Shown: positions 11,102 through 22,100 of the stretch, piece after piece
Layout: each line of letters starts with the position of its first letter
Numbering within the stretch: the stretch's first letter is position 1
Assembly: GCF_046119375.1 (NCBI RefSeq)
Contig: NW_027362763.1
Span: forward strand, 669,600,001 to 669,664,000
Length of the DNA: 64,000 bases
From: Phyllobates terribilis
Lineage: Eukaryota
Direction: 5' to 3'
Notes under the pieces: model-generated
Databases searched by the model: none
The model's input: only the letters and a program-made list of their open reading frames with translations
Told to the model about the DNA's origin: nothing
Translations under genes and position numbers: made by a program

Positions 11102-14100
11102 TTATGTGCATGGTTGGTTTGAACCCGAAGTTGAAGAAGATTTTAATATGGGGGAAAGCTGGGATGGACAGAGTGTGTTTAGGTGATACGCCAGTCTAAA
11201 GAAATATGTTTTTAGGGTTCGCTTGAAACTGTGGGTATTGGGAATTAATCGAACTGTCCTGGGTAGTGCATTCCAGAGAATTGGCGCAGCACGCGAGAAA
11301 TCTTGGAGACGGGAGTGGGAAGTTCGGATTATGGAGGATTTTAGTTTCAAGTCATTTGCAGAACGGAGGGCACGTGTAGGGTGGTAGACTGAGACAAGGG
11401 AGGAGATGTAGGGGGGTACTGAAGCATGGAGCGCTTTGTGGGTAAGCGTGATAAGTTTAAAACGAACTCTATATTGGATGGGCAACCAATGCAATGACTG
11501 GCACAGGGAAGAGGCATCTGAGTAGCGGTTGGCGAGGAATATGATCCTGGCTGCTGCGTTCAGGACGGATTGGAGAGGGGAGAGTTTAGTAAGAGGGAGA
11601 CCGATTAGTAGAGCGTTGCAATAGTCAAGACGAGAATGAATAAGAGCGACAGTAAGAGTTTTTGCCGAGTCAAAGGTGAGAAAAGTCCTGATTCTTGAGA
11701 TGTTTTTGAGGTGTAGATGACATGAACGAGCGAGTGATTTGATGTGAGGAGTGAAAGAAAGATCTGAATCAAAAATGACCCCAAGACAGCGGGCTTGTAG
11801 CTGGGGAGTAATGGTTGAGCCACAAACGGAGATGGCAATATCGGGCACAGGTAGATTAATGGAGGGAGGAAAGACGAGTAGTTCAGTTTTTGACAGATTC
11901 AGTTTTAGGTAGAGGGAGGACATAATGTTAGACACAGCAGAAAGACAATCACTGGTCTTTTGTAGTAATGCCGGGGTGATGTCCGGAGCAGAGGTGTATA
12001 ATTGGGTGTCATCAGCATAGAGATGGTACTGAAAACCGAATCTACTGATTGTTTGTCCAATAGGAGCGGTGTATAAGGAGAAAAGAAGGGGGCCTAGGAC
12101 TGATCCTTGAGGAACCCCAACAGTAAGAGGAAGTAGGGAGGAGGAGGAGCCGGCAAAAGACACAGAGAAGGAGCGGTCAGAGAGATAGGAGGAGAACCAG
12201 GAGAGAACCGTGTCCTTGAGGCCGATAGAGCGGAGCATAGTGAGGAGGAGCTGGTGATCCACAGTGTCAAATGCTGCAGAGAGATCCAGGAGAATCAGCA
12301 GGGAGTAGTGACCATTAGATTTAGCTGTTAGTAGATCATTAGAGACTTTAGTGAGGGCAGTTTCAGTAGAATGTAAAGAGCGGAAACCAGATTGTAAAGG
12401 GTCAAGAAGAGAGTTGTCTGAGAGATAGCGGATTAGACGGGAGTGGACCAGGCGTTCCAGGAGTTTAGAGATAAAGGGAAGATTGGAAACAGGTCTGTAG
12501 TTGGCCGTGCAGTTCTGGTCGAGGGATGGTTTTTTAAGTAATGGTTGTATGCTGGCGTGTTTAAAAGAAGAGGGAAAGATACCAGATGAGAGGGAAAGGT
12601 TGAAAATTTTAGTTAGGTGAGAGGTGACAGCTGGAGCAAGGGACTGAAGGAGATATGAGGGAATAGGGTCGCTGGTGCAGGTGGTAGGGCGAGAAGATGC
12701 AAGGAGCCTGATCACTTCATCTTCCGTGACTGGTTCGAAGTCAGAAAATGAGCAAGATACAATGTGGCGGGGGGGAGCATGCATAACATTTGGGGATTGG
12801 GAGAAAATTTCCTGTCGGATATGGTCAATTTTTTCTTTGAAATAGTTAGCCAGATCGTCAGCGCTGAGGTCGGTGGTCGGGGCCTGTGCTGTTTGATTGA
12901 GGAGAGAATGAAACGTGTCAAAGAGTCGTTTAGGATTATTGGAAAGTGAGATGATGAGGTTGTTAAAGTAGGTTTGTTTGGAGAAGTGAAGGGCAGAGTT
13001 ATATGTTTTCAGCATAAATTTATAGTGGAGGAAATCTTCGGGCAGATTTGATTTTCTCCACAGCCGTTCAGCGCACCTGGAGTACCTCTGGAGAAGACGT
13101 GTTTGAGGCGTGTGCCAGGGTTGTCGCCGTCTATGCCGAATTGTTCTTTGTGTAGGAGGTGCGGCTTCATCCAGGGCGCATAGCATTATTTTGTTATAAT
13201 GCTTCAATGCAGATTCGGGACATGAGAGGGAGGAGATTGGGGCCAATGATGATTGCAACCTTTTTATAAATTTCTGGGTGTTAATGGCGCGTAAATTTCT
13301 ATAAGTGTGGACGGTGGGAGTGTCTTGAGTAGAGTCACAGTTCTTGACAGAGAATGAAAGAAGATTATGGTCAGAGAGTGGAAGGGGAGAGTTAGTGAAG
13401 TCATGTACTGAGCAAAGCCGTGAGAAAATCAGGTCCAATGTGTTCCCGTCCTCATGTGTAGGAGAATTAGCAAGCTGTGAAAGGCCGAAGGAGGAGGTTA
13501 ATGATAAAAGATGCGTGGCAGATGGGGAAAGAGGATCGCCAATTGGGATGTTAAAGTCTCCCATGATTATCGTGGGGATGTCGCAGGATAGAAAATTTGT
13601 AAGCCAGGCAGCATAGTGATCCAGGAATTGACGGGGGGGACCTGGGGGGCGATAGACAACCGCCACTCGCAGGGAGAAGGGCCGGTAGAGTCTGACTGTG
13701 TGGGCCTCAAAGGACGGGAAGATAAGGGAGGGTACAGGGGGGATAACCTGAAAAGTACATTTTGTTGAAAGAAGCAGACCAACACCTCCACCTGATCTGT
13801 TGTCAGGTCGCGGGGTATGAGAGAAATGTAGGCCACCATAGGAGAGAGCTGCAGCGGCGGTGGTGTCCGACTGCTGGATCCAGGTTTCAGTGAGAGCCAG
13901 AAGGTTGAGGGAATTAGAGAGGAAAAAGTCATGGATGTAAGAGAGTTTATTACAAGCTGAGCGTGCATTCCAAAGGGCACAGTTGAATGAGACAGAAGAT
14001 ATGCAGGGAATATTAATGAGATTAGCAGGGTTTCTGAATGTAACAGGGAAAGTGTTAGTGTTATTATTACTGGAGGGTCCTGGGTTGGGAGAAATATCAC

Positions 14101-14236
14101 CTGCGACTAATAGAAGGAAGATACAGAGAGTGAGCAGATGATTGAGTGATTTGTGAGAGCGTTTCCTGCGTTGTATGGTGGGAATGAATGGATCTGCGTG
14201 GTATAACATTGTGAAGAGAGCATGACAACTGTACAT
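11102..14236 (-). CDS. L2 ORF2: 2A-like leader, APE endonuclease and reverse transcriptase (1044 aa, uninterrupted)
   Basis: APE motifs [31 protein letters not shown] motifs [33 protein letters not shown]. No stops or frameshifts. Confidence 0.95.
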   Translation of the reverse strand: MYSCHALFTMLYHADPFIPTIQRRKRSHKSLNHLLTLCIFLLLVAGDISPNPGPSSNNNTNTFPVTFRNPANLINIPCISSVSFNCALWNARSACNKLSYIHDFFLSNSLNLLALTETWIQQSDTTAAAALSYGGLHFSHTPRPDNRSGGGVGLLLSTKCTFQVIPPVPSLIFPSFEAHTVRLYRPFSLRVAVVYRPPGPPRQFLDHYAAWLTNFLSCDIPTIIMGDFNIPIGDPLSPSATHLLSLTSSFGLSQLANSPTHEDGNTLDLIFSRLCSVHDFTNSPLPLSDHNLLSFSVKNCDSTQDTPTVHTYRNLRAINTQKFIKRLQSSLAPISSLSCPESALKHYNKIMLCALDEAAPPTQRTIRHRRRQPWHTPQTRLLQRYSRCAERLWRKSNLPEDFLHYKFMLKTYNSALHFSKQTYFNNLIISLSNNPKRLFDTFHSLLNQTAQAPTTDLSADDLANYFKEKIDHIRQEIFSQSPNVMHAPPRHIVSCSFSDFEPVTEDEVIRLLASSRPTTCTSDPIPSYLLQSLAPAVTSHLTKIFNLSLSSGIFPSSFKHASIQPLLKKPSLDQNCTANYRPVSNLPFISKLLERLVHSRLIRYLSDNSLLDPLQSGFRSLHSTETALTKVSNDLLTAKSNGHYSLLILLDLSAAFDTVDHQLLLTMLRSIGLKDTVLSWFSSYLSDRSFSVSFAGSSSSLLPLTVGVPQGSVLGPLLFSLYTAPIGQTISRFGFQYHLYADDTQLYTSAPDITPALLQKTSDCLSAVSNIMSSLYLKLNLSKTELLVFPPSINLPVPDIAISVCGSTITPQLQARCLGVIFDSDLSFTPHIKSLARSCHLHLKNISRIRTFLTFDSAKTLTVALIHSRLDYCNALLIGLPLTKLSPLQSVLNAAARIIFLANRYSDASSLCQSLHWLPIQYRVRFKLITLTHKALHASVPPYISSLVSVYHPTRALRSANDLKLKSSIIRTSHSRLQDFSRAAPILWNALPRTVRLIPNTHSFKRTLKTYFFRLAYHLNTLCPSQLSPILKSSSTSGSNQPCT
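14075..14164 (-). other. 2A-like (StopGo) peptide at the N-terminus of L2 ORF2
   Basis: [30 protein letters not shown] resembles the D(V/I)ExNPGP consensus with E replaced by S, directly upstream of the APE domain. Confidence 0.7.
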
Positions 14237-15544
14237 AGGAGAAGAGAGGAGTGAGGGATTAATATGGATGAAGTGTGCCGCATTTGTGGGTGAACGGTGA
14301 ATGTGGATGATTGTAGCAACCAGAGTATAAATGGCACAGATACAGAGTCACCAACTTGACTTTCTATTTTTTGTGGACATCTGAGCAAAAAAATCACGGA
14401 AACATCAGAAACCCATAATAAATCATTATGATATAAGTGATTTGTGTCTACAGCCCAGAGCTCTGATATGAAGACATGAACTGCAGTCACTGTAAACTGT
14501 AAAATGATGATAATTACAATCAGAATAGTCGTACAAGTTTCTTAACCATCAAAAAAATCACGGACGCCTTCAAATTTTTTTTTTTACTGGCCGGGCACAG
14601 AAGTGCATTATGTTAATGGAGGCTCCTGGACAGTTGGCGATCCTGCTGGGGGGTCTGTGGGACCTCGCTGACTCCGGTAAGAGCAGGATATTCCCCTGGG
14701 TGAATCGGGTTTTTAATACTTCCCAACTCTCCCAGAACATCTGAGCGGCTGCTGAAAAGAGAAAAGACCTCACGAAAGTTTGGGTGATTCTCCTGGTCAC
14801 ACAGGAGCCCCCCCAACGCAGCATTTTCCGTCCCCTCACGGCACTGTGACGCAGACGGTGCCATGGTGTAATCCTCTGCCTGTCTCTGTCACCATAAGCT
14901 CTGCCATAAGAGGTCAGAGAGAGTATGTAATAATGTAGTGAGGGGGACAGTGTGCCTAATTGTGTATCTGTTGTGTACTCGGGTACTTCTCCTTCAGCCG
15001 GCGCTGAGCACTTCGTCCTCCATCTGTAGCTGCCGGCTCCTGTGAGCGTCAAATTGTCACCCCATCCAATGAGCTCATGTGACATATGGCTCAGTGACGA
15101 GACACCACTCAAGAATTCTTTTAGTTGGCATCCATGACTCTTCTGTATGACATCAGTCTGCATGTGACTCTCTGCCAAACTCAGCTTTGCCACTGAGTCA
15201 ACTCAGCTATATCACTGCTTGAGCTCCCTATTGCATTCTGCGGCAAACTCAGCTTAACCATATTAGTGAGTCTATCCTTCTTCCTTTTGGATTACAACTC
15301 TGCTTCATCAGTCCCGGTGGTTCCAGTTCAGCGCCTCCTGTTGCTGTCCGGCCGCTACGGCCTCTGTGGTTCCACCATTGTCGCTAACGTCACCTGTTTG
15401 TATTGCATAATAGCTGCACATCCTGACCCACCAGGATCCACTCATAATAAGGGGGCACAGAGCACCAAATTATTTACTCAGCGGACTCTGCTTCATTCGG
15501 CAATTCCTAAAGTATGTATATCTCATGCCATCAACACATATGTA

Positions 15545-15585
15545 ATACCTGAAGAAGGCTCATATAGAGTCGAAACGCGTTGTAT
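15545..15585 (+). ncRNA. Minimal type I hammerhead ribozyme (Penelope-type)
   Basis: Reads ATAC-CTGAAGA-A-GGCTC-ATATA-GAGTC-GAAA-CGCGT-T-GTAT. Core CUGAAGA and GAAA; 5-bp stem II; palindromic ACGCGU stem III; GUU cleavage triplet; 4-bp stem I ATAC/GTAT. Confidence 0.7.
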
Positions 15586-16125
15586 GCTAATAAAATTAGA
15601 TTATTTAATGTATCTTCGCATCCTACCTACTGTGTTCCGGGAGCGCATACCGCCTGGAGAATGATTAGATATGTGATGCCATCAACACAGGAAGAAGAAA
15701 TATAATAAACCACTAAATCCACAATGAAAAGAGGAATAATGGGCGCTCATCACAAGATGGGTATAAGAAATAGCCTCTTTGCTCCTTTGTTCTCTGGTAT
15801 TATGGGTATAAAGCTAACAGCCGTTTCACGTTTATCTTATATTTGATCGCTTAGAGGAACATTACTAAACGTGGTACATCACAGTGTGTATCCTGTGGGA
15901 TACTGTATTCACCATGTAGCAGGGTAGTCAGCTAATATATTATAATATGACCAGCAGCCCGATATATATAAGCCACCTCCATTGTATACTGAGTATAACG
16001 CATTGTAAGTCCAGATTCATGAGACCCTGAATTTCATGTAATATTTTCCTCCGAATGTGATTTTGCTCAATCTTCAGTGTTTCCTCAGGTTCCTGATGTT
16101 CAGGACTTATTTATTTTCATAGCTG

Positions 16126-19100
16126 ATGGTCCTTTCCATCAGTGACCCCCCGAGGATGGAGCAGGGCAGAGACCACATGGCGGCTCGGATATTAGACCTC
16201 ACCCTGGAGATAATCTACTGGATCACTGGAGAGGTGAGAGCTTCACATCACATCACTCTGATCTCTAGTAATAAAGCCGAAAATGATGGGAAAGGTGAAG
16301 GATTCTCGGCCTCTGTGTAGTGATCGGCGTCTCCCCATACACAGGATCACACAGTAGTGAAGACGTCGTCTGGGGAGTGTGTGACCCCCCGTGTGTCAGG
16401 AGGGCGGAGCAGGACCCCCAGTGCCATCACCGAGCCTCCACCTCATTCACTGATACATGAGCAGAAGATCATAGAACTGACCACCAGGATCACTGAGCTG
16501 CTGAGCGGAGAGGTGAGCGCTGCCGGGAATGCTGGGACATTGTACAATAACGCCGGGGGAGGGGTCTGCTAATGACGGGTCATTGTGTGTGTCAGGTTCC
16601 TATAAGGTGTCAGGACGTCACCGTCTATTTCTCCATGGAGGAGTGGGAGTATCTAGAAGGACACAAGGATCTGTACAAGGACGTCATGGTGGAGAATCAC
16701 CCGTCCATCACATCACCGGGTAAGAGGAGACCTTCCTGGGTTGTAGAGGAGAGAACAGGTCTGAGAGTCGTCTAGATTCCCCATCATCTGCTCATCACAT
16801 ATAGACAATGTATTCAGACACTGCAGTTATTTCCTATAGATGGATCCAGTCCGAGAAATCCCCCGGAGAGATGTCCCAGTCCTCTGTATTCCCAGGATCG
16901 GCCAGAAAAGGAGGAAAATGTCCCCCGGGATCATCAGGTAGATGAGATGAGATTTCTACTATTCTTCTATACATTGATGTAATAAAGCTTTGTACAAAAC
17001 TCTTCCATCACCCGTGCAGTTTACACCTGGCAGTCCTCACAATATATATGCCGATCAGACATAACATGAAAAACTTTTGCTTAATATTGTGTCACCAGAA
17101 CAGTTCTGACTCATTAAGGCTCATGTGACGCTCGCAGTCCTGCCCTGAGAGGTGGGGGTACTCGGAGCCGGGTCAGATGTTTGGTGGGTTGTAGCCGTGG
17201 CCTGGACCCATTCCGTGCCCAGGGCAGTCACATTTTAAAAGGGTGTAATGGGCTTTCAGGGTTGGTGTTAATCGAGTGGTTGTATTGAGTACGCCACCTG
17301 TGGTGTCTGGTGATTCCCCACCAGCGCTGCGTTCAGTCCTCTGAGGCGGGATGTAGTGGCAGCCGGAGATGATACTACTCCCCACAGGCGGAGCAGGGCC
17401 TCTGGGCAGAGAAGACGGATCAGGGGAGTAGTAGTAGGAGATGTGGTGCGGTGCCGCGTTGCAATAAGAAACCGAAGGCCATAGGGGTAGTCTTCCAAAC
17501 TTTACTCACGGTGGTATGCACAGCTGCAAGGCTTCTCCCTTCTCCTCACGGCGCACTGCGGCCACCGGGACCGGGGGTCCGACAACCTCCAGGTAGTTCA
17601 GGTGCCTTGGTCAGGACCCCGCACCAGAGTGTTCCTAGACTTTTCCACTAGGTCCTCTCCGGTCCGTATGTGGTGCGTGTACTAAGGCTGGGTCTCCCTC
17701 TGGACTATGCACAGAACAAGGGTACGGGTGGCGACTCCGCTCCGTCCGTTACCCGGTGGGATCCACTGAGCCTCCGGGCTTCTCCGACTGAGACATAGAG
17801 TAACAAAGTCAGATATCGGGGGCCGGTACCCCTTTTGCAGCAGGAATCCCTCTGACTAGGCCAGAATAGCGAGGACAGGTGGCGTATACTGCTCCGTCTG
17901 CATCCCCCTGGGATCCTTTTGCCTGCGGAGCTTTACTCCTCCACTCCCCTCCAGGCCTTCTTGGGTAGGGACCTTGACCGGGTAGAGACAGCCGTTAACT
18001 CTTGCCCGCTCCTCGACTCAAGGCCAGAGTACGAGGACCGTGTCCCCATCAACTGCAGGTTCACACAGAAAGCCACGTTCAGTGATGAAGATCACAGTCA
18101 AAGACCATAAGCCCAAGATGGCTGTTTATTAAATATGAATTTTTGTTGTGTAACCTCCAAGTGTGTCCTCCACCCTCACCCACTACTAGGTTCCCCCTTA
18201 CTTTGGTTCCCCCATTTCCACTTATCCCGGCTGGGGCAGCACCCTGGTGCCTATAAGCCCCCCCACATGTGGGAGAGGTGTAGTGTTGGATGCAGAGGTG
18301 AGGTCCTGACAGTTGCACCATCCTTACCTCGAAGGAGGGATACCACACCTCATTAAAGAGATGCAGTACCCCTGTGGCGACCGAACCCTCAGGGGCACCA
18401 CATTCCTCCCTGGTGAAACACAGCACGTCCGCGGGCTGCAAAGAGAGCAAAACCTGGTACAGACTTTTTAAATTTTTGTATAACATTATAACAATCTTCC
18501 CATTATGGGAGGCACTTCTTCTTGAACGTTACAAACTTTAAATAGTATAAAAGTATACAAAAGTATAAAAACATCACAGAGACATTATGCAAATAGACAG
18601 ACTGATTAAAGTGCAGTACGCAAGAGTCAGTTCAGAAGCAAGAGGGACCTGTCCCAAACCCTCAACGTAGGCCCTGGGGTGGCTGCAGGGCATGAAGATC
18701 CGGAGTTGGACCTCCAGGAGAGCCACGCCAGACAGGTTTTTCTTCTGAGGTCTGAGGTAGTAGTAGAGCGGTTTTATATAAAACCAATAGGGAGCACCTA
18801 AAAAGATGCAAACTATTTACAAGAAGTAGAAGAGTCTGTCTACTGCCAGTCCGCAGGGACAAATATCTCTAGAATACGGCAGGAAAACATGGTTAACATA
18901 AGCAATAACAAATGAAGTCCAAAAGGTTACAGCCGCCGGGGCCGCTTAATCCATATCTCCCCACCGAGGAAAAGGCTCATTCCTCCCGACGGAGGCTGGT
19001 CGGTCCTCCACTGTCTTTCGCGAGGGGGCATCTCTCCTGGACACCTTGTGAACATCCAGGGCGTACCACCCCCACACCCCGTGGTGGCGGGTGTACGACA

Positions 19101-22100
19101 CGAAGTCACCCGAGAAGAGGTTCCGGCCAGGGTGTCCTTTCTTCAGCCGCTGCTCGACGTCCTGCCTGCTGACAAAGACGTCTTGCTCAAAGTGGGGACT
19201 TCTTATGAAGCCCCATCCTGCCTCGTGGTGGAAGCGGACGACTTGCCCGTGCTCCCGGGGGCTTGGACAGGCTGCCTCCTCCTGGCGGGCCCTGGATTTT
19301 GTGGCCTTGGCGCGCACCTCCAGGTGCTCGCAGCGGATTTCCCTCTGCCGTTGCTCCCTGTCAAGCTGGAGAATTTGCTGCCTACACAGCTCTCTCCTCC
19401 TTCGAGCTTCAGCTCGGGTCTCCTGGGGGAAACCCATCAGGTCCCCCCCCCTGGTTGTCCCAGGCCAACTCTTCCGCTGCCGGCCAGGCAACTGGAGGTG
19501 TGGGTAGCGGTGACAGCAGGGATTGCTGCAGGTCCTCGATCAGTGTGAACCAGTCCGGGTTGAAGTCGGTAGGTTCCCCAGTGGGCACAAGTTCCTCCGA
19601 GACAGGAGGCGGGAGGCAATGCAGGCCTCCGGCGATGGCGGAGGCTTCCAGCTCCGGGGCAAAGACCTGCTCCCAAATTACTGCACCAGGGAGCAGGTAC
19701 TCGGTCATCAGATCCAGGAGGGGCACAGTGTGCTCAGCAGCCGGGACGAGGGTTTCACTCTTACCCGATCCTGGGCTGCACGCAACCTCCGATGCTTCTT
19801 CCTCCTGGGTTGCTGCTCCTTGGCGGCAGGCCCGCATCTTTTGCAGCATCTCTTCTTGACACGCGGCGGACGCTGCACGCTGTGCCTCAGCAACCCTTCG
19901 GGCCAGGTCTGGGGTTTCCCGACGGAGAAACTCAGTATCTCCCGGGGTTAAGACCATGCCTCCCTCCTCTCCGACAGGAGTAAGACTTGGGCCGACTGCA
20001 GAAGGCTCGGGTTGACTTCCCTCAGCAGCGTCCATTACTGCTCCGGAGTATGGTAAGTCTCGAACTGTTATGGCCGCACCTTGTGGTTTCCTTCGTTTCC
20101 TCCTCTTTTCGGGGCGGCTCCAGGGCGGTAGGCTGACAGGCAGTCCTTGGGACGTCCCATCCGTCTTGACGGACACTACCTTGCGGACAGTCTCTGCTGG
20201 AAGGGGCGGTCTGCACTTTTGGCGCCTTGGGGGAGCCAGGCCCACCATAAGAGGTGCCAGGAAGCTGTCCTGTCTGCACATTATGGCGTCCATTCTTCTT
20301 GGGCGGGCGCCATTTTAAGTGGAAAGCGACAGTCTAAGGTAAAAGGTGCACAGTACCCGGTAGCAATGGGCAATTTCCTTCCGTTGCTGCGGGCACGCTA
20401 TCCTGCCAACTATGCCAAGTATGTGACGCTCGCAGCCCTGCCCTGAGAGGTGGGGGTACTCGGAGCCGGGTCAGATGTTTTGTGGGTTGTAGCCGTGGCC
20501 TGGAACCGTTCCGTGCCCAGGGCAGTCACATTTTAAAAGGGTGTAAAGGGCTTTCAGGGTTGGTGTTAATCGAGTGGTTGTATTGACTACGCCACCTGTG
20601 GTGTCTGGTGATTCCCCACCAGCGCTGTGTTCAGTCCTCTGAGGCGGGATGTAGTGGCAGCCGGAGATGATACTACCCCCCACAGGTGGAGCAGGGCCGA
20701 GAAGACGGATCAGAGGAGTAGTAGTAGGAGATGTGGTGCGGTGCCGCGATGCAATAAGAAACCGAAGGCCATAGGGGTAGTCTTCCAAGCTTTTCTCACG
20801 GTAGAATGTACAGCTGCAAGGCTTCTCCCTGCTCCTCACGGCGCGCTGCGGCCACCAGGACCGGGGGTCCGACAGCCTCCAGGTAGTTCAGGTGCCTTGG
20901 TCAGGACCCCGCACCAGAATGTTCCTAGACTTTCCCACTAGGTCCTCTCCTGTCCGTATGTGGTGCGTGTACTAAGGCTGGGTCTCCCTCTGGACTATGC
21001 ACAGAACAAGGGTACGGGTGGCGACTCCGCTCCGTCCGTTACCCGGTGGGATCCACTGAGCCTCCGGGCTTCTCCGACTAAGACATAGAGTAACAAAGTC
21101 AGATATCGGGGGCCGGTATCCCTTTTGCAGCAGGAATCCCTCTGACTAAGCCAGAATACCGCTCCATCTGCATCCCCCTGGGATCCTTTTGCCTGCGGAG
21201 CTTTACTCCTCCGCTCCCCTCCAGGCCTTCTTGGGTAGGGACCTTGACCGGGTAGAGACAGCCGTTAACTCTTGCCCGCTCCTCGACTCAAGGCCAGAGT
21301 ACGAGGACCGTGTCCCCATCAACTGCAGGTTCACACAGAAAGCCACGTTCAGTGATGAAGATCACAATCAAAGATCATAAGCCCAAGATAGCTGTTTATT
21401 AAATATTAATTTTTGTTGTGTAACCTCTAAGTGTGTCCTCCACCCCCACCCACTACTAGGTTCCCCCTTACTTTGGTTCCCCCATCTCCACTTATCCCGG
21501 CTGGGGCAGCACCCTGGTGCCTATAAGCCCCCCCACAGGTGGGAGAGGTGTAGTGTTGGATGCAGAGATGGGGTCCTGACAGTTGCACCATCCTTACCTC
21601 GAAGGAGGGATACCACACCTCATTAAAGAGATGCAGTACCCCTGTGGCGACCGAACCCTCAGGGGCGCCACACTCAGACTCCACAAGTTTCTGAATGTTC
21701 CCTGTGTAATCTGGAGCCAAAACATTGAAACATTAGCAACAAATCCTTTAATGTCTCGAATAGGATTCCCTTTTATTTTTTTAATTTATATCTTTAATGT
21801 GGGATTTTTACAGGAAAGTTCTGGTGAAATAACGAGAGGACTTGAAAACCCCACTTCAGCATCACTGACCGGTAAAAGCCACTCATGGGAAGATCAGTAA
21901 AATGTCTTATTTCTTTCTTTTTTGAACTTTTACAAGAAAATTAGGGTGAAGAAGGGCGATGTAGAGGGGTGTGGTCTGTAAATGGGACCTTTCCATGTGT
22001 TATTTTCCTCTATGTCCATTTTACTTTATTTACTCCTTGTCGTTGTCACAGACTTAGTAAAGCTTCATTAGTTTCTTTAGAAAAATGAAAACATGTTGGT

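Larger units (their letters stand above)
10818..14236 (-). mobile_element. L2-clade LINE with intact 3' end
   Basis: Minus strand ends ...GTGCTGCGGAATATGTTGGCGCTATAAAAATAAACT(ATT)n, a typical L2 stem-loop and short-repeat tail (plus-strand (ATA)n at 10818-10837). Contains one long APE-RT ORF. The 5' boundary is not resolved and no TSD was seen. Confidence 0.92.
17124..21672 (-). mobile_element. Complete non-autonomous LTR retroelement (Gypsy-like termini) carrying a cold-shock-domain ORF, antisense in ZNF-A intron 4
   Basis: TG..CA LTRs at 17124-18402 and 20422-21672; CTCA 4-bp TSD (17120-17123 / 21673-21676); PBS and PPT in minus orientation; 2.0-kb internal region without recognisable capsid, protease, RT, RNase H or integrase motifs. 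Confidence 0.93.

Noticed and set aside
14240-15540. 207-aa minus ORF (14570-15193) and 132-aa plus ORF (15266-15664) as genes, or as L2 ORF1
   Set aside because: No recognisable domain, splice structure or esterase motif; probably decayed repeat sequence. Left unassigned.
19042-19254. Bacterial contamination or horizontal transfer as the source of the cold-shock domain
   Set aside because: The domain is embedded in a TSD-flanked LTR element inside a spliced frog gene. Its origin cannot be judged without a phylogeny, so no HGT claim is made.
19048-19951. Overlapping plus-strand ORFs (166, 138, 198, 142 aa) opposite the CSD ORF
   Set aside because: Expected shadow ORFs in GC-rich coding sequence, with no motifs, and antisense to the PBS/PPT orientation.
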